DNA of 62,184 bases, taken from positions 1 through 62,184 of the forward strand of contig SYAR01000041.1 of assembly GCA_005787525.1 (NCBI GenBank), in the 5' to 3' direction. A model generated the notes under the pieces. It was not told where the DNA came from, did not search any database, and worked only from the letters and a program-made list of their open reading frames with translations. The DNA is from Rickettsiales bacterium (lineage in GTDB: Bacteria > Pseudomonadota > Alphaproteobacteria > Rickettsiales > UBA1997). Position 1 is the first letter of the stretch; each line of letters starts with the position of its first letter. A program made the position numbers and the translations under genes. Shown piece by piece: positions 41,542 through 51,192 of this stretch.

Positions 41542-41699
41542 ATTAAATTTGCTTACGCAAATTTTGGGAAAAAGATTCGCGACTGGGATTGTGTCTCTTC
41601 GCTTCTGATCTCGTTCCTCGCTAAAAATAGCCGGTTAGGCTATTTCTTTAACGCAAAGAACTTCCGCGGTGATTAAACCGCCGTATTCGCAATAATTTT
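41542..41699 (+). repeat. Modular palindromic intergenic element family A, copy 2 (contains a terminator-like hairpin)
   Basis: Hairpin aaatttgc-N4-gcaaattt; block cgcgactggga...cgctaaaaatagccg.ttaggctattt...aacgc shared with 46433-46522. Confidence 0.85.
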
Positions 41700-41711
41700 T
41701 TATTTTGTGAA

Positions 41712-43250
41712 TTATGCAATCTCTAACCTTGGAAACACAGCCTTCGGCTCGTTAATCGAATGTCCAACTTTTAAAAAATCGGTAAGACTAGCAAAATCAC
41801 GTTTATTATTTTCGACATTGAGTAAATCTAAAATTTTGTTGGCACTTACGGGAACAAAGGGTGTAAGCAAAATGGCGATGAGGCGAAGTGCTTCGGCGGT
41901 TTCGTGAAGCGAGGCGTTCATCTCGTCAATTTTTCCTAATTTTTTCAAATTCCACGGCGCGGTGTCGTTGAATTTTTTGTTGACCAAATTAGCAAAATCA
42001 ACCACGGCTTGAATGGATTTATCAAAGGCTAAATCGTCGAAAGCTTGAAAATAATTTTCGATGAAAGGCTCGATGTGAGTATGCGAATGCTCTACTCCCG
42101 CAGGGATTTTACCTTCACAATTTTTGTAAATCATCGCCAAACTGCGCTGAACAAGATTGCCGATATTATTGACAAGCTCAGCGTTGACGCGAGTAATTAA
42201 ATGCGTGCGAGAATAGTCGCCATCATTGCCAAATGGGACTTCGCGCAATAAAAAAAAACGAAAATAATCGACGGCGGTGGCATTTTCGCAACCAAAAGAT
42301 TGAATCCACTCAATTTCGGTGAGTGGGTCGATAACATTGCCGACGGATTTAGAAATTTTTTGTCCTTCATTGGTCCACCAGCCGTGGGCGTAGACGCCAT
42401 AAGGCACATTAATTTCGGCGGCCATTAAAAAAGCCGGCCAATAAATGGCGTGAAACCTTGCAATATCTTTGCCGACGATGTGAAGTGGCGAATTAAAACC
42501 ATCATTCCAAAATTTTTTATAATTCATGTTTTCTTCAGCAAAACCAAGGGCGGAGAGGTAGTTGGTGAGGGCATCAAGCCATACATAAACCACATGTTTT
42601 TCGTCATTTGGAACTTTAATTCCCCATGAAAAAGAAGTACGAGAAATTGATAAATCTTTCAAGCCGGATTTAACAAAATTAACGATTTCATTATGGCGAG
42701 AAATAGGGCGAATGAAGTCGGGAACGGCGTCGTAAAGTGCCAATAATTTATCTTGAAAAGCCGAAAGACGGAAAAAATAACTTTCTTCGCGATGCCAAGT
42801 AACCTCGGCGCCCGTAGGTGCCTTGCCATCGACAATTTCATCAGCGCCGTAAAAAGCTTCGTCGCGAACGGCGTACCAACCTTCATAAATATCTTTGTAA
42901 ATGAAGCCATTTTTTTCTAAAATATTCCAAAATTTTTCGACGGTTTTTTTGTGACGCTCTTCGGTGGTGCGAATAAAATCATCATTCGAGAGATTTAATG
43001 TTTTGGTTAAATCACGAAATTTTTGCGAAACTTCATCGCAAAATTGTTGCGGATTTTTTGCTTTATTTAACGCAGATTTTTCAACTTTTTGCCCATGCTC
43101 ATCAGTGCCCGTCAAGAAAAAAACTTGATGCGATTTTAAGCGGTGAAATCGTGCCATGGCGTCGCACGCAATCGAGGTGTAAGCATGTCCGATATGAGGC
43201 GAATCATTTACATAATAAATCGGCGAAGTGATATAAAAATTTGCGGTCAT
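41712..43250 (-). CDS. metG: Methionine--tRNA ligase
   Basis: PHIGHAY, GTDEHG, YVWLDAL, GKDIARFH, KISKS. Confidence 0.96.
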   Translation of the reverse strand: MTANFYITSPIYYVNDSPHIGHAYTSIACDAMARFHRLKSHQVFFLTGTDEHGQKVEKSALNKAKNPQQFCDEVSQKFRDLTKTLNLSNDDFIRTTEERHKKTVEKFWNILEKNGFIYKDIYEGWYAVRDEAFYGADEIVDGKAPTGAEVTWHREESYFFRLSAFQDKLLALYDAVPDFIRPISRHNEIVNFVKSGLKDLSISRTSFSWGIKVPNDEKHVVYVWLDALTNYLSALGFAEENMNYKKFWNDGFNSPLHIVGKDIARFHAIYWPAFLMAAEINVPYGVYAHGWWTNEGQKISKSVGNVIDPLTEIEWIQSFGCENATAVDYFRFFLLREVPFGNDGDYSRTHLITRVNAELVNNIGNLVQRSLAMIYKNCEGKIPAGVEHSHTHIEPFIENYFQAFDDLAFDKSIQAVVDFANLVNKKFNDTAPWNLKKLGKIDEMNASLHETAEALRLIAILLTPFVPVSANKILDLLNVENNKRDFASLTDFLKVGHSINEPKAVFPRLEIA

Positions 43251-43381
43251 GATTAAAAAATTGAATTAATTTTGCCAAATAAAATATTGCTATTTATGCT
43301 AAAATGGCTTTTAATAAAGCACCATTTAATCATTTTGGCAAGAAAAATTATGTCAAAATAATTCTTTAATTTTTATAAATT

Positions 43382-44551
43382 ATGGCAAAAAAAACCAGCA
43401 AAAAAAACATCTTGAAAAATTTAACGATTAAAAATTTCCGTTGTTTCGAAAATTTTCACCTTAAAGATTTGAAAAGAGTGAATATTTTCGTCGGCGATAA
43501 TAATTCGGGCAAGAGTAGCGTGCTAGAGGCTGTAGGGTTTTTGTCGCCGAGTTTGAGGGATCATTTTAAGATTATGGAAAGTAGAAAATGCTTAGTGGGG
43601 GATTTTAATATTTTAAAAAATTATGACACTATAGCTAATTTTTTTATTTCAATGTTGCAATTTCTTTCATTATTTTTTAAAAAAATTTCTTCAAATATTA
43701 TTGAAATTAATGCTGAATTTGAAGGCGATAAAACCCAATCAGATTTAAAAAAATTAGAATTAAAAATTTTTAAATCGAATAAAATTGAAAAATTTATTGA
43801 ACATGATGAGAAATTGAAACCCATTTCTGAAGATGAAAAATTAATTGAAGCGCATAGTTTGTTGTGGGAATATAAATTTAATAATCAAAAAAATGCTCAA
43901 AAAATTGGCTTCTCATCCCTTGGTACATATGATTCAGAAATTAAAGATTTTCAAGAATATCAAGTTATTTTTTTATGCGATGAGACTCCAAGTAATCGTG
44001 AAATAATTAACAAATGGTCAAAGCTAAAAGAATTGGCAAATCTTAAAGAATCCAACGAGATTGATGAAAAATACCTAAAAATTGTGCAAAATTTTGAAAA
44101 AGATTTAAAAAAAATAGAATTAATTTCTGCTTCATTTTTAGTTTTTCGTAAAAATGATTTCACCGTTTATTTAGAAGATTTGGGCAATGGTTTTAAAAAG
44201 TTTTTTGATATACTTTTAACCATAGATTTGGCAAGTAAGAAAAATCTGCCAACTCTTCTTTGCATCGATGAAATCGATAATGGTTTATATTACGATAAAC
44301 AAGATATTTTTTGGGAGCAATTGCTAAAATTATGCGAAGAAAAAAACATTCAACTTTTTGCCACGACGCATTCTTATGAAGCCTTGCAATCAATCCTCGA
44401 ATGTGGAACAAAGTTATATCCAAAAAAAGGAGAATTTGATGATGTTTTTAATATCTCTAAACTAATTAAATTCGAAAATGAAATTAAGTGTTTCAGATAT
44501 AATCAAGCTTTGCTAAATGCAAGAATTGAAAATCAAATGGAAACCAGATAA
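43382..44551 (+). CDS. ABC-type ATPase (AAA_15/AAA_21-like)
   Basis: IKNFRCF, Walker A GDNNSGKS, signature-like LGNGFKK, Walker B LCIDEIDNGL, H-loop ATTHS; no TM segments. Confidence 0.85.
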   Translation: MAKKTSKKNILKNLTIKNFRCFENFHLKDLKRVNIFVGDNNSGKSSVLEAVGFLSPSLRDHFKIMESRKCLVGDFNILKNYDTIANFFISMLQFLSLFFKKISSNIIEINAEFEGDKTQSDLKKLELKIFKSNKIEKFIEHDEKLKPISEDEKLIEAHSLLWEYKFNNQKNAQKIGFSSLGTYDSEIKDFQEYQVIFLCDETPSNREIINKWSKLKELANLKESNEIDEKYLKIVQNFEKDLKKIELISASFLVFRKNDFTVYLEDLGNGFKKFFDILLTIDLASKKNLPTLLCIDEIDNGLYYDKQDIFWEQLLKLCEEKNIQLFATTHSYEALQSILECGTKLYPKKGEFDDVFNISKLIKFENEIKCFRYNQALLNARIENQMETR

Positions 44552-44563
44552 TCACCAAATTAT

Positions 44564-45265
44564 ATGACAAATAAAAACCCTGAAAATAAATCATTCATAA
44601 CAGATTATGGTTTTTTGGTTGAAGGATCAACCGATAAAAAATTTATTAAAGATTTTTTAAAACAATTTATAGAAAATGAAAAAATTAATTATAAAAATTA
44701 CGAAGTTAAGCAAATAAATAATGTTAATGGAGGAAAGGCAAGTTTTTTTAAGGTCAATAATATTGAGGCCTTTCTTAACGAAAATAATCAAAACAAATTT
44801 ACTTTGGTATTGATTATTGATGCCGATTCTGAGCTTGAAAATCAGAGAGGTCAGCCTGCGGGTTTTATATATGTTGATGAAAAAATAAAAGAAATTATCA
44901 AAGAAATTCAATCAAATGATTTTTATAAAAATGTAGAAATTTTACATTACATTATGCCTTTTCACGATAAACAGGATTTTGGTCAATTGGAAGATTTATT
45001 TATTAAATCGCTTAATGAAGATTACAAAGACAAGCTTGATAAATGTTTAAAACCATTTCAAAATTGTTTACAAAAACAATATCCAAAACCTGAAATTGCT
45101 GAAAATAAAATGCCTAAAGTTCAAATGGAAATTTTATTAAAATCTTTTAATAAAGATTTGTCAAAACATAATCTTACGGAATGGATTGACTACAATCATG
45201 AATCGTTAAATAATTTTAAAAAATTTCTAATTGATGAAGTTTTTAAAATAAAATCTTCTAAATAA
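44564..45265 (+). CDS. DUF3226-like TOPRIM-fold protein
   Basis: FLVEGSTD, NGG, LIIDAD and GQLEDL motifs; starts 12 nt downstream of the ATPase. Confidence 0.7.
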   Translation: MTNKNPENKSFITDYGFLVEGSTDKKFIKDFLKQFIENEKINYKNYEVKQINNVNGGKASFFKVNNIEAFLNENNQNKFTLVLIIDADSELENQRGQPAGFIYVDEKIKEIIKEIQSNDFYKNVEILHYIMPFHDKQDFGQLEDLFIKSLNEDYKDKLDKCLKPFQNCLQKQYPKPEIAENKMPKVQMEILLKSFNKDLSKHNLTEWIDYNHESLNNFKKFLIDEVFKIKSSK

Positions 45266-45268
45266 ACT

Positions 45269-46336
45269 ATGTCCCTAAATCAAAAACTTGATAGCATTGT
45301 TGCTAAATTTAATGAGCTTGAAAAAAAGCTTCAAGACCCTAATAATCTAGGGCAGAACTTCGCTAAAATTTCTAAAGAGCATTCCGATATGCAAGAAGTT
45401 GTGGCGTCGATTCACGAATATAAAATTGCTCAACAAGAAGCTAAAGATGTTGAGGCGATGCTCGCCGATAGCAGTCTCGACAAGGAAATGCGCGACATGC
45501 TTGAGGAGGAAAAATTTACGCTTTCGAAAAAAGTTCCCGAGCTTGAACATCAAATTAAAGTCACACTTTTACCCAAAGATTCCGCCGATGAAAAAAACGC
45601 GATTATTGAGGTGAGAGCAGGCACAGGAGGCGAGGAGGCGGCACTTTTTGCTTATAAACTTTTTCACATGTATCAACGTTATGCCGAAAAGAAAAAATGG
45701 AAATTTGAGATTCTGGCGATCGCCGACACGGGGCTTGGAGGCTACAAAGAAGCCTCGGCAATCATTGCCGGTCGCGGAGTTTTCGCTCGTTTAAAATTTG
45801 AATCGGGTGGACATCGCGTCCAACGCGTCCCTGAAACTGAAAGCGCGGGACGAGTTCACACTTCGGCGGCAACCGTCGCCGTTTTGCCTGAAGCCGAGGA
45901 AGTTGATATTAAAATCGAAGAAAAAGATTTGAGAATCGACGTTTTTCGTTCGTCGGGTCCTGGAGGGCAATCAGTCAACACAACAGATTCGGCGGTTAGA
46001 ATTACGCATATTCCGACAGGAGTTGTGGTTTCGATGCAAGATGAAAAATCGCAAATTAAAAATCGCGAAAAAGCTATGAAAGTTTTGCGTTCGAGAATTT
46101 ACGAAGCCGAAAGGTCACGACTAGAAAAAGAGCGAGCGCTTGAGCGTAAAGAGCAAGTCGGCAGTGGTGATCGTAGCGAAAGAATTCGCACTTATAATTT
46201 TCCACAAAGTCGCATTACCGATCATCGTATTAACCTCACGAGTTATAGGATTGACGAGGTGATGATGGGCGAACTTGATGAGTTTGTAAATGCATTAATT
46301 GCCGATGATCAGGTTCGCAAACTCTCCCAAGAGTAA
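45269..46336 (+). CDS. prfA: Peptide chain release factor 1
   Basis: [10 protein letters not shown] (PxT), [20 protein letters not shown]. Confidence 0.97.
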   Translation: MSLNQKLDSIVAKFNELEKKLQDPNNLGQNFAKISKEHSDMQEVVASIHEYKIAQQEAKDVEAMLADSSLDKEMRDMLEEEKFTLSKKVPELEHQIKVTLLPKDSADEKNAIIEVRAGTGGEEAALFAYKLFHMYQRYAEKKKWKFEILAIADTGLGGYKEASAIIAGRGVFARLKFESGGHRVQRVPETESAGRVHTSAATVAVLPEAEEVDIKIEEKDLRIDVFRSSGPGGQSVNTTDSAVRITHIPTGVVVSMQDEKSQIKNREKAMKVLRSRIYEAERSRLEKERALERKEQVGSGDRSERIRTYNFPQSRITDHRINLTSYRIDEVMMGELDEFVNALIADDQVRKLSQE

Positions 46337-46346
46337 TACCATCTTT

Positions 46347-46570
46347 CACTCTTAAATGATGCGACCGAATTTATCGCAAGGCTTCGTCGCTTTTCTCAAT
46401 CAAAATTTCATTTTGATTTTCGAAGACGACTCCGCGACTGGGACCGCGTCGCATTCGCTCCTTGTCCCGTTATTCGCTAAAAATAGCCGTTTAGGCTATT
46501 TTTTTAACGCGAGAAACCCGCGATAAGGTTTGGGTTTTTTTGGAATTTTTTTGTTGATAAACGCTTCATT
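46347..46570 (+). repeat. Modular palindromic intergenic element family A, copy 3
   Basis: Left block as in copy 1, hairpin aatcaaaat-ttc-attttgatt, right block as in copy 2, end block as in copy 1. Confidence 0.85.
46479..46505. terminator. Terminator-like hairpin within element A copy 3 (downstream of prfA)
   Basis: aaaaatagcc-gttta-ggctattttttt. Confidence 0.6.
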
Positions 46571-46717
46571 TTTTTCTTCGAATTTTGATCAAGTTAAAAT
46601 ACCAAAACAAGTCAATTAAAATATATTACTTTATAACTAAAACATTAATTTCAAATTTAAATAAATTTTAATAGTTTTTTATAGTTATTTACACTATAAA
46701 ACAACTAGAATTAATTT

Positions 46718-48724
46718 ATGAGAGATGTCCCCAAATTTCAATTTTTTTCTTCGATATCTAATCTCGAAGATTTAATTCCAAAGATTGATTCCAGGGTTGA
46801 TAAATCTTTTTCAAACTCAGATTCAGAAAAGCCTTATTTAAATTTTGATAGCGACGATGATATGCAAGAGCTTTTAAGTCTTACAGAATCAAAAGGTAAA
46901 GAACCTAATATTTATCAATTAATTGATGAAAATAAATTAGAAGAAATAAAATCATTAATCGCAAAAAATGGCGATGTTTTAAATGTAAAAGATCAATCTA
47001 AGAGTTTTCCAATATTTTACGCCATAAAAAATAAAAAATATGACATTGCTTTAGAATTTATTAAGTCCGATGAAGGAATTCTTAAGCAAAAAGATGATGC
47101 GGGTTTTAATCCATTTTTTTATGCAATTTTTTATAATAATTTGGATTTAATTGATTATATTATTGAAAAAAAACCAGAAATTGTTGATGAAAAATGCAAA
47201 GAAGAGTATCTCCCGATTTTTTATGCAATAAAAAAAGAAAAAAATGCTTTTGCGATTCGCATTATTAATCGAAATCCACAAATTTTAAAACAAAAAGATA
47301 GTGATGGCTCTGGTCTTCTCGAATATGCAATAAAATGTGAAAATCTTGAAATGATTAAATTTTTTATCGAACATGATAAAAAATCTTTGAAAGATACAGA
47401 AAATCATCCGATTTTTTATGCAATTGCCAATAATAAAATAAAAGCTTTGGAAGAAATATTAAAATTATGTCCCGAATCTTTAGAATATGAAAACGATTTG
47501 CATCTAAATCCTTTGCTATTTTTAATTCAAAAATATCTTGAAAATGAGCTTCGAGGCGAAGATTTGAAAGATATAAAATCCTTAATAAATGTGATTTATA
47601 AAAATCAATTTAACTCGCCAAGCGACATTTCCGAAGAAGAGTTTAAAAGTCTTACAGATTATTATAAAGATTTTATGCCAGTAATGTTTGGATATACTAA
47701 ATTTGATTTTGGATCCCTGCCTCAAACTCGATCAGAAACCTATAAAAATTTGCTTTCCGAGCTTAGTAAAGAAGTGACGGAAGAAATGGATCAAAATAAA
47801 AAATTATTATTGGATTTGATTAAAAAAACCGAAGATCAAATTAACATTTTTGAGCCGATTATAACTGATAAAGAAAATATTTTTATATATGACTCGAAAA
47901 TGCTAAGACATCTCTCATATTTCGTTTTTCATGTTGATAAATTAACTAACAAACTTACTCATATAAGCTATTGTGACGGCAACTCTTTAAAAAATGATTT
48001 CCTTGATAAAGAAAGCGATTATATTTGGGGCGTAAAAAAATACCCGGTTTGCATAGATATAGAATTTACTAAGGAATTTGTTCAAGATTTTTTATCAAAT
48101 AACACAAGAAATAAAACAATAAATGCACTTATTAAGCAATTTAATCTAAAAATAATGATAGATGAAAATAAAAATTCTATTGTGAATAATTGTGAGGAAA
48201 GATTGATCCCAACTAAAATTCAAAATAGAAGAAATTGTGCGTATAAATCTACTAAAATTCTGTGGCGATATATAGCAAGTTTACAAAATCCAGAATTGAA
48301 TTTTTATTTAAAAGAAGAGCGAAATTTATTTTTAGGAGGCGATGGGGATAAAAATCCAGAACAACTAGATTCTGTAGTCGACGAAAGAATTCTTTTTAAA
48401 GAGATAAAAGTTGGATTAGCGGGTAAGGCAATTCAAAATTTATATGATTTGTGCGATAATTTTGATGTTGACAGTGATAAAATTAACCCCGATTTAAAAA
48501 TATATTTACAAAATCAAGTTCAGAAATTATTTGATAATGTTGAAGCACAATCAGAAAATAAAATTGCTAAAATTCTTGATGATCCATTTTCCGATCAAAA
48601 GGAAATCGAAATCCATCAAAGAATACAAAGTTTGGTCTCGCCAAAACGTCATATGATGCCCATCCAAGATGATGTCTCTAGAGTTGTTAAAAAAGCAAAA
48701 TTGACAGAAATTGTTTTGACTTAA
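46718..48724 (+). CDS. Ankyrin-repeat protein with putative C-terminal cysteine-protease-like domain
   Basis: About 5-6 repeats with ~33-aa period (PIFYAI, NPFFYAI, LLEYAI, HPIFYAI); C-terminal H398/D420/Q502/C507 arrangement. Confidence 0.8.
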   Translation: MRDVPKFQFFSSISNLEDLIPKIDSRVDKSFSNSDSEKPYLNFDSDDDMQELLSLTESKGKEPNIYQLIDENKLEEIKSLIAKNGDVLNVKDQSKSFPIFYAIKNKKYDIALEFIKSDEGILKQKDDAGFNPFFYAIFYNNLDLIDYIIEKKPEIVDEKCKEEYLPIFYAIKKEKNAFAIRIINRNPQILKQKDSDGSGLLEYAIKCENLEMIKFFIEHDKKSLKDTENHPIFYAIANNKIKALEEILKLCPESLEYENDLHLNPLLFLIQKYLENELRGEDLKDIKSLINVIYKNQFNSPSDISEEEFKSLTDYYKDFMPVMFGYTKFDFGSLPQTRSETYKNLLSELSKEVTEEMDQNKKLLLDLIKKTEDQINIFEPIITDKENIFIYDSKMLRHLSYFVFHVDKLTNKLTHISYCDGNSLKNDFLDKESDYIWGVKKYPVCIDIEFTKEFVQDFLSNNTRNKTINALIKQFNLKIMIDENKNSIVNNCEERLIPTKIQNRRNCAYKSTKILWRYIASLQNPELNFYLKEERNLFLGGDGDKNPEQLDSVVDERILFKEIKVGLAGKAIQNLYDLCDNFDVDSDKINPDLKIYLQNQVQKLFDNVEAQSENKIAKILDDPFSDQKEIEIHQRIQSLVSPKRHMMPIQDDVSRVVKKAKLTEIVLT

Positions 48725-48833
48725 ATCAATTAGCATTCTGGGTAATTTTGCGATTGAATATTTAAAAAGATTTAATAAATTTAGATAATTATTAAAATAA
48801 TTTTTAAAATCACCAAAATAAATAGATTAACCC

Positions 48834-49478
48834 ATGAACAACATTTCATTTGAAGCTCTCCGAGGTGCTTTAATATTGTTACCAGGATTTACTTGGTCGC
48901 TAATTTGGATGAAATATTCCAAAAACAAACCTCAAACCGATAAATTCTATTTTGCGGTTTACGCAATTGTTGCTTCGGCTTTTAATTATTTACTTTATTA
49001 TCTTTTTATTGAAGATTTTGACGGAAATAATTTTATTAAAATACTAGATAACGGTATTAATAAAAATGATCTATATATGATTATTTTTACTACTCTTATT
49101 TCATTTTTTGTAGCATCATTATCAGTTTATTTTTCTCATAAAACTCCCATATGGCGATTAATGACATATTTAAAAATTGCACCAAAGAGAGAGAGCGAGA
49201 AGGATGTTTTGGTTTCAAGGGTTCACGATCATATGAAGCTTAAGGAATATGCACTTATAAGATTATATGATTTTAATAACAACAGAATTTATCAAGGAAA
49301 AATTACGATGATTTCGGAGCCTAAAAAGCAAATGGAATTTATTATATGCAATTGTGATATTTATGATAATAATACTGGAAAATTTCTTTTAACAATGAAA
49401 GAATTATATCTAAATCTCAATATTGATAATTTATTAATTGAATTTATAAAATATGAAAAAAGACGAGAATCATATTGA
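48834..49478 (+). CDS. Membrane protein, DUF6338-like
   Basis: ILLPGF followed by three TM helices, then a soluble beta-rich part (IYQGKI...IEFI); family recalled, not searched. Confidence 0.6.
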   Translation: MNNISFEALRGALILLPGFTWSLIWMKYSKNKPQTDKFYFAVYAIVASAFNYLLYYLFIEDFDGNNFIKILDNGINKNDLYMIIFTTLISFFVASLSVYFSHKTPIWRLMTYLKIAPKRESEKDVLVSRVHDHMKLKEYALIRLYDFNNNRIYQGKITMISEPKKQMEFIICNCDIYDNNTGKFLLTMKELYLNLNIDNLLIEFIKYEKRRESY

Positions 49479-49647
49479 TTTGAATTTTAGAGGATATATT
49501 AATTTGTCTCAAACTATAGATTCAAATATCAAATTAACGCCACCTACGCCATTACCTAAAGATTTTTCGGAGTCACAAAAAAATATAGTTAATGAAACCG
49601 CTAAATCAAAAACATCAACGAATTCAAATTCAAAATCTGAAAATTAA
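49453..49647 (+). CDS. Small hypothetical protein
   Basis: 64-aa ATG ORF overlapping the upstream gene and filling the gap to lpdA; Pro/Ser/Asn-rich. Confidence 0.5.
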   Translation: MKKDENHIDLNFRGYINLSQTIDSNIKLTPPTPLPKDFSESQKNIVNETAKSKTSTNSNSKSEN

Positions 49648-49667
49648 TAACAAAATAACTAAAAATT

Positions 49668-51083
49668 ATGACCAAAAAATTTGATTTATGTATTATCGGT
49701 GCGGGTCCGGGCGGATATGTTGCGGCGATTCGCGCTTCACAATTAGGGCTAAAAGTTGCTATCGTTGAAGCCAATCATTTAGGCGGAATTTGTTTAAATT
49801 GGGGATGTATTCCAACTAAGGCGTTGTTGCGTTCGTCCGAGATTAATCATCTTTTGCATAATCTTGATCAATTTGGATTTTCGGCACAAAATATTCAGCA
49901 TGATTTTGCTAAAATTATCGAAAGATCGCGTGCGGTTTCTAAGCGTTTAAGTTCAGGCGTTGCCGGCTTGATGAAGAAAAATAAAATTGAAGTTTTTGAT
50001 GGTTATGGCAAATTTTTAGATGCCAAAAAAATTTCTGTAACTAAAGATTCTAAGGAGATTGAGCAAATTGAAGCCTCTTATTTTATCGTGGCGACGGGAG
50101 CTAGAGCGCGAGTTATCGCCGGCATGGAGACCGATGGCGAAAATATTTGGACTTATCGTGAAGCGATGACTGCCAAAGCTTTGCCTAAATCGTTAATTGT
50201 GATTGGTTCGGGGGCGATTGGTTCGGAATTTGCGTCTTTTTATCGCAATATGGGAGCCGAGGTTACTCTAGTCGAAATGGCAGAAAATATTTTGCCGGTT
50301 GAAGATGAAGAAATTTCTAAATTAGCGCGTAAATCTTTTGAAAAACAAGGTATTAAAATTTTAACTTCGGCGTCGTTGAAGGCTTTGAAAGTAGGTAAGG
50401 GCGAAGTTGTCGCTAGCATTGAAATCGCTGGAAAAGTTGAAGAAATTAAGGCCGAAAAAGTAATTATGGCGGTCGGAATCGTTGCCAATGTTGAAAATTT
50501 AGGTTTAGAAAAAACTAAAATTAAAACCGATAAAGGTCGCATCGAAACTAATGGTTATATGGAAACCGTTGAAGCGAATATTTTTGCAATTGGCGATGTG
50601 GCGGGAGCGCCTTGGTTAGCTCATAAAGCTTCGCATGAAGGAATTATTTCTGCGGAGAAAATTGCTAGTAAAATGGGCAAATATGATGCTAAAAAAGTTC
50701 ATCCGATTAAAAAGGAAAATATTCCGGGATGCACTTACTCAATGCCTCAAATCGCCTCTTTAGGTTTAACTGAAAAGAAAGCCAAAGAGCTCGGTAAAAA
50801 AGTAAAAATCGGACGCTTCCCTTATTTAGCTAATGGCAAAGCCATTGCAATGGGCGAAACCGAAGGATTAATCAAAGTTCTTTTTGATGAAAAGACGGGA
50901 GAGCTTTTGGGGGCACATTTAATCGGCGCCGAAGTAACCGAAATGATTCAAGGTTTTGTAATTGCCAAACAAGCCGAATTAACCGAAGAAGATTTAATGC
51001 ACACAATTTTTGCGCATCCAACCATGTCGGAAATGATGCATGAAGCCGTGCTTGACGCTTATGGCAAAGTTATTCATTTTTAG
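49668..51083 (+). CDS. lpdA: Dihydrolipoyl dehydrogenase
   Basis: GAGPGGY, GGICLNWGCIPTK, LAHKA, HPTMSE. Confidence 0.97.
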   Translation: MTKKFDLCIIGAGPGGYVAAIRASQLGLKVAIVEANHLGGICLNWGCIPTKALLRSSEINHLLHNLDQFGFSAQNIQHDFAKIIERSRAVSKRLSSGVAGLMKKNKIEVFDGYGKFLDAKKISVTKDSKEIEQIEASYFIVATGARARVIAGMETDGENIWTYREAMTAKALPKSLIVIGSGAIGSEFASFYRNMGAEVTLVEMAENILPVEDEEISKLARKSFEKQGIKILTSASLKALKVGKGEVVASIEIAGKVEEIKAEKVIMAVGIVANVENLGLEKTKIKTDKGRIETNGYMETVEANIFAIGDVAGAPWLAHKASHEGIISAEKIASKMGKYDAKKVHPIKKENIPGCTYSMPQIASLGLTEKKAKELGKKVKIGRFPYLANGKAIAMGETEGLIKVLFDEKTGELLGAHLIGAEVTEMIQGFVIAKQAELTEEDLMHTIFAHPTMSEMMHEAVLDAYGKVIHF

Positions 51084-51192
51084 AATTAATTTTCTTTATA
51101 AATTAAAAATTCTTCTTTATTGTAGATAAATATTGTTAAAAATGCGTTAAGTATTTATGATTTTTATTTTAAATAATTTATTTATGTATTAA

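Noticed and set aside
40367-41699. Integron attC cassette
   Set aside because: I could not identify RYYYAAC/GTTRRRY ends, and there is no integron integrase in the window.
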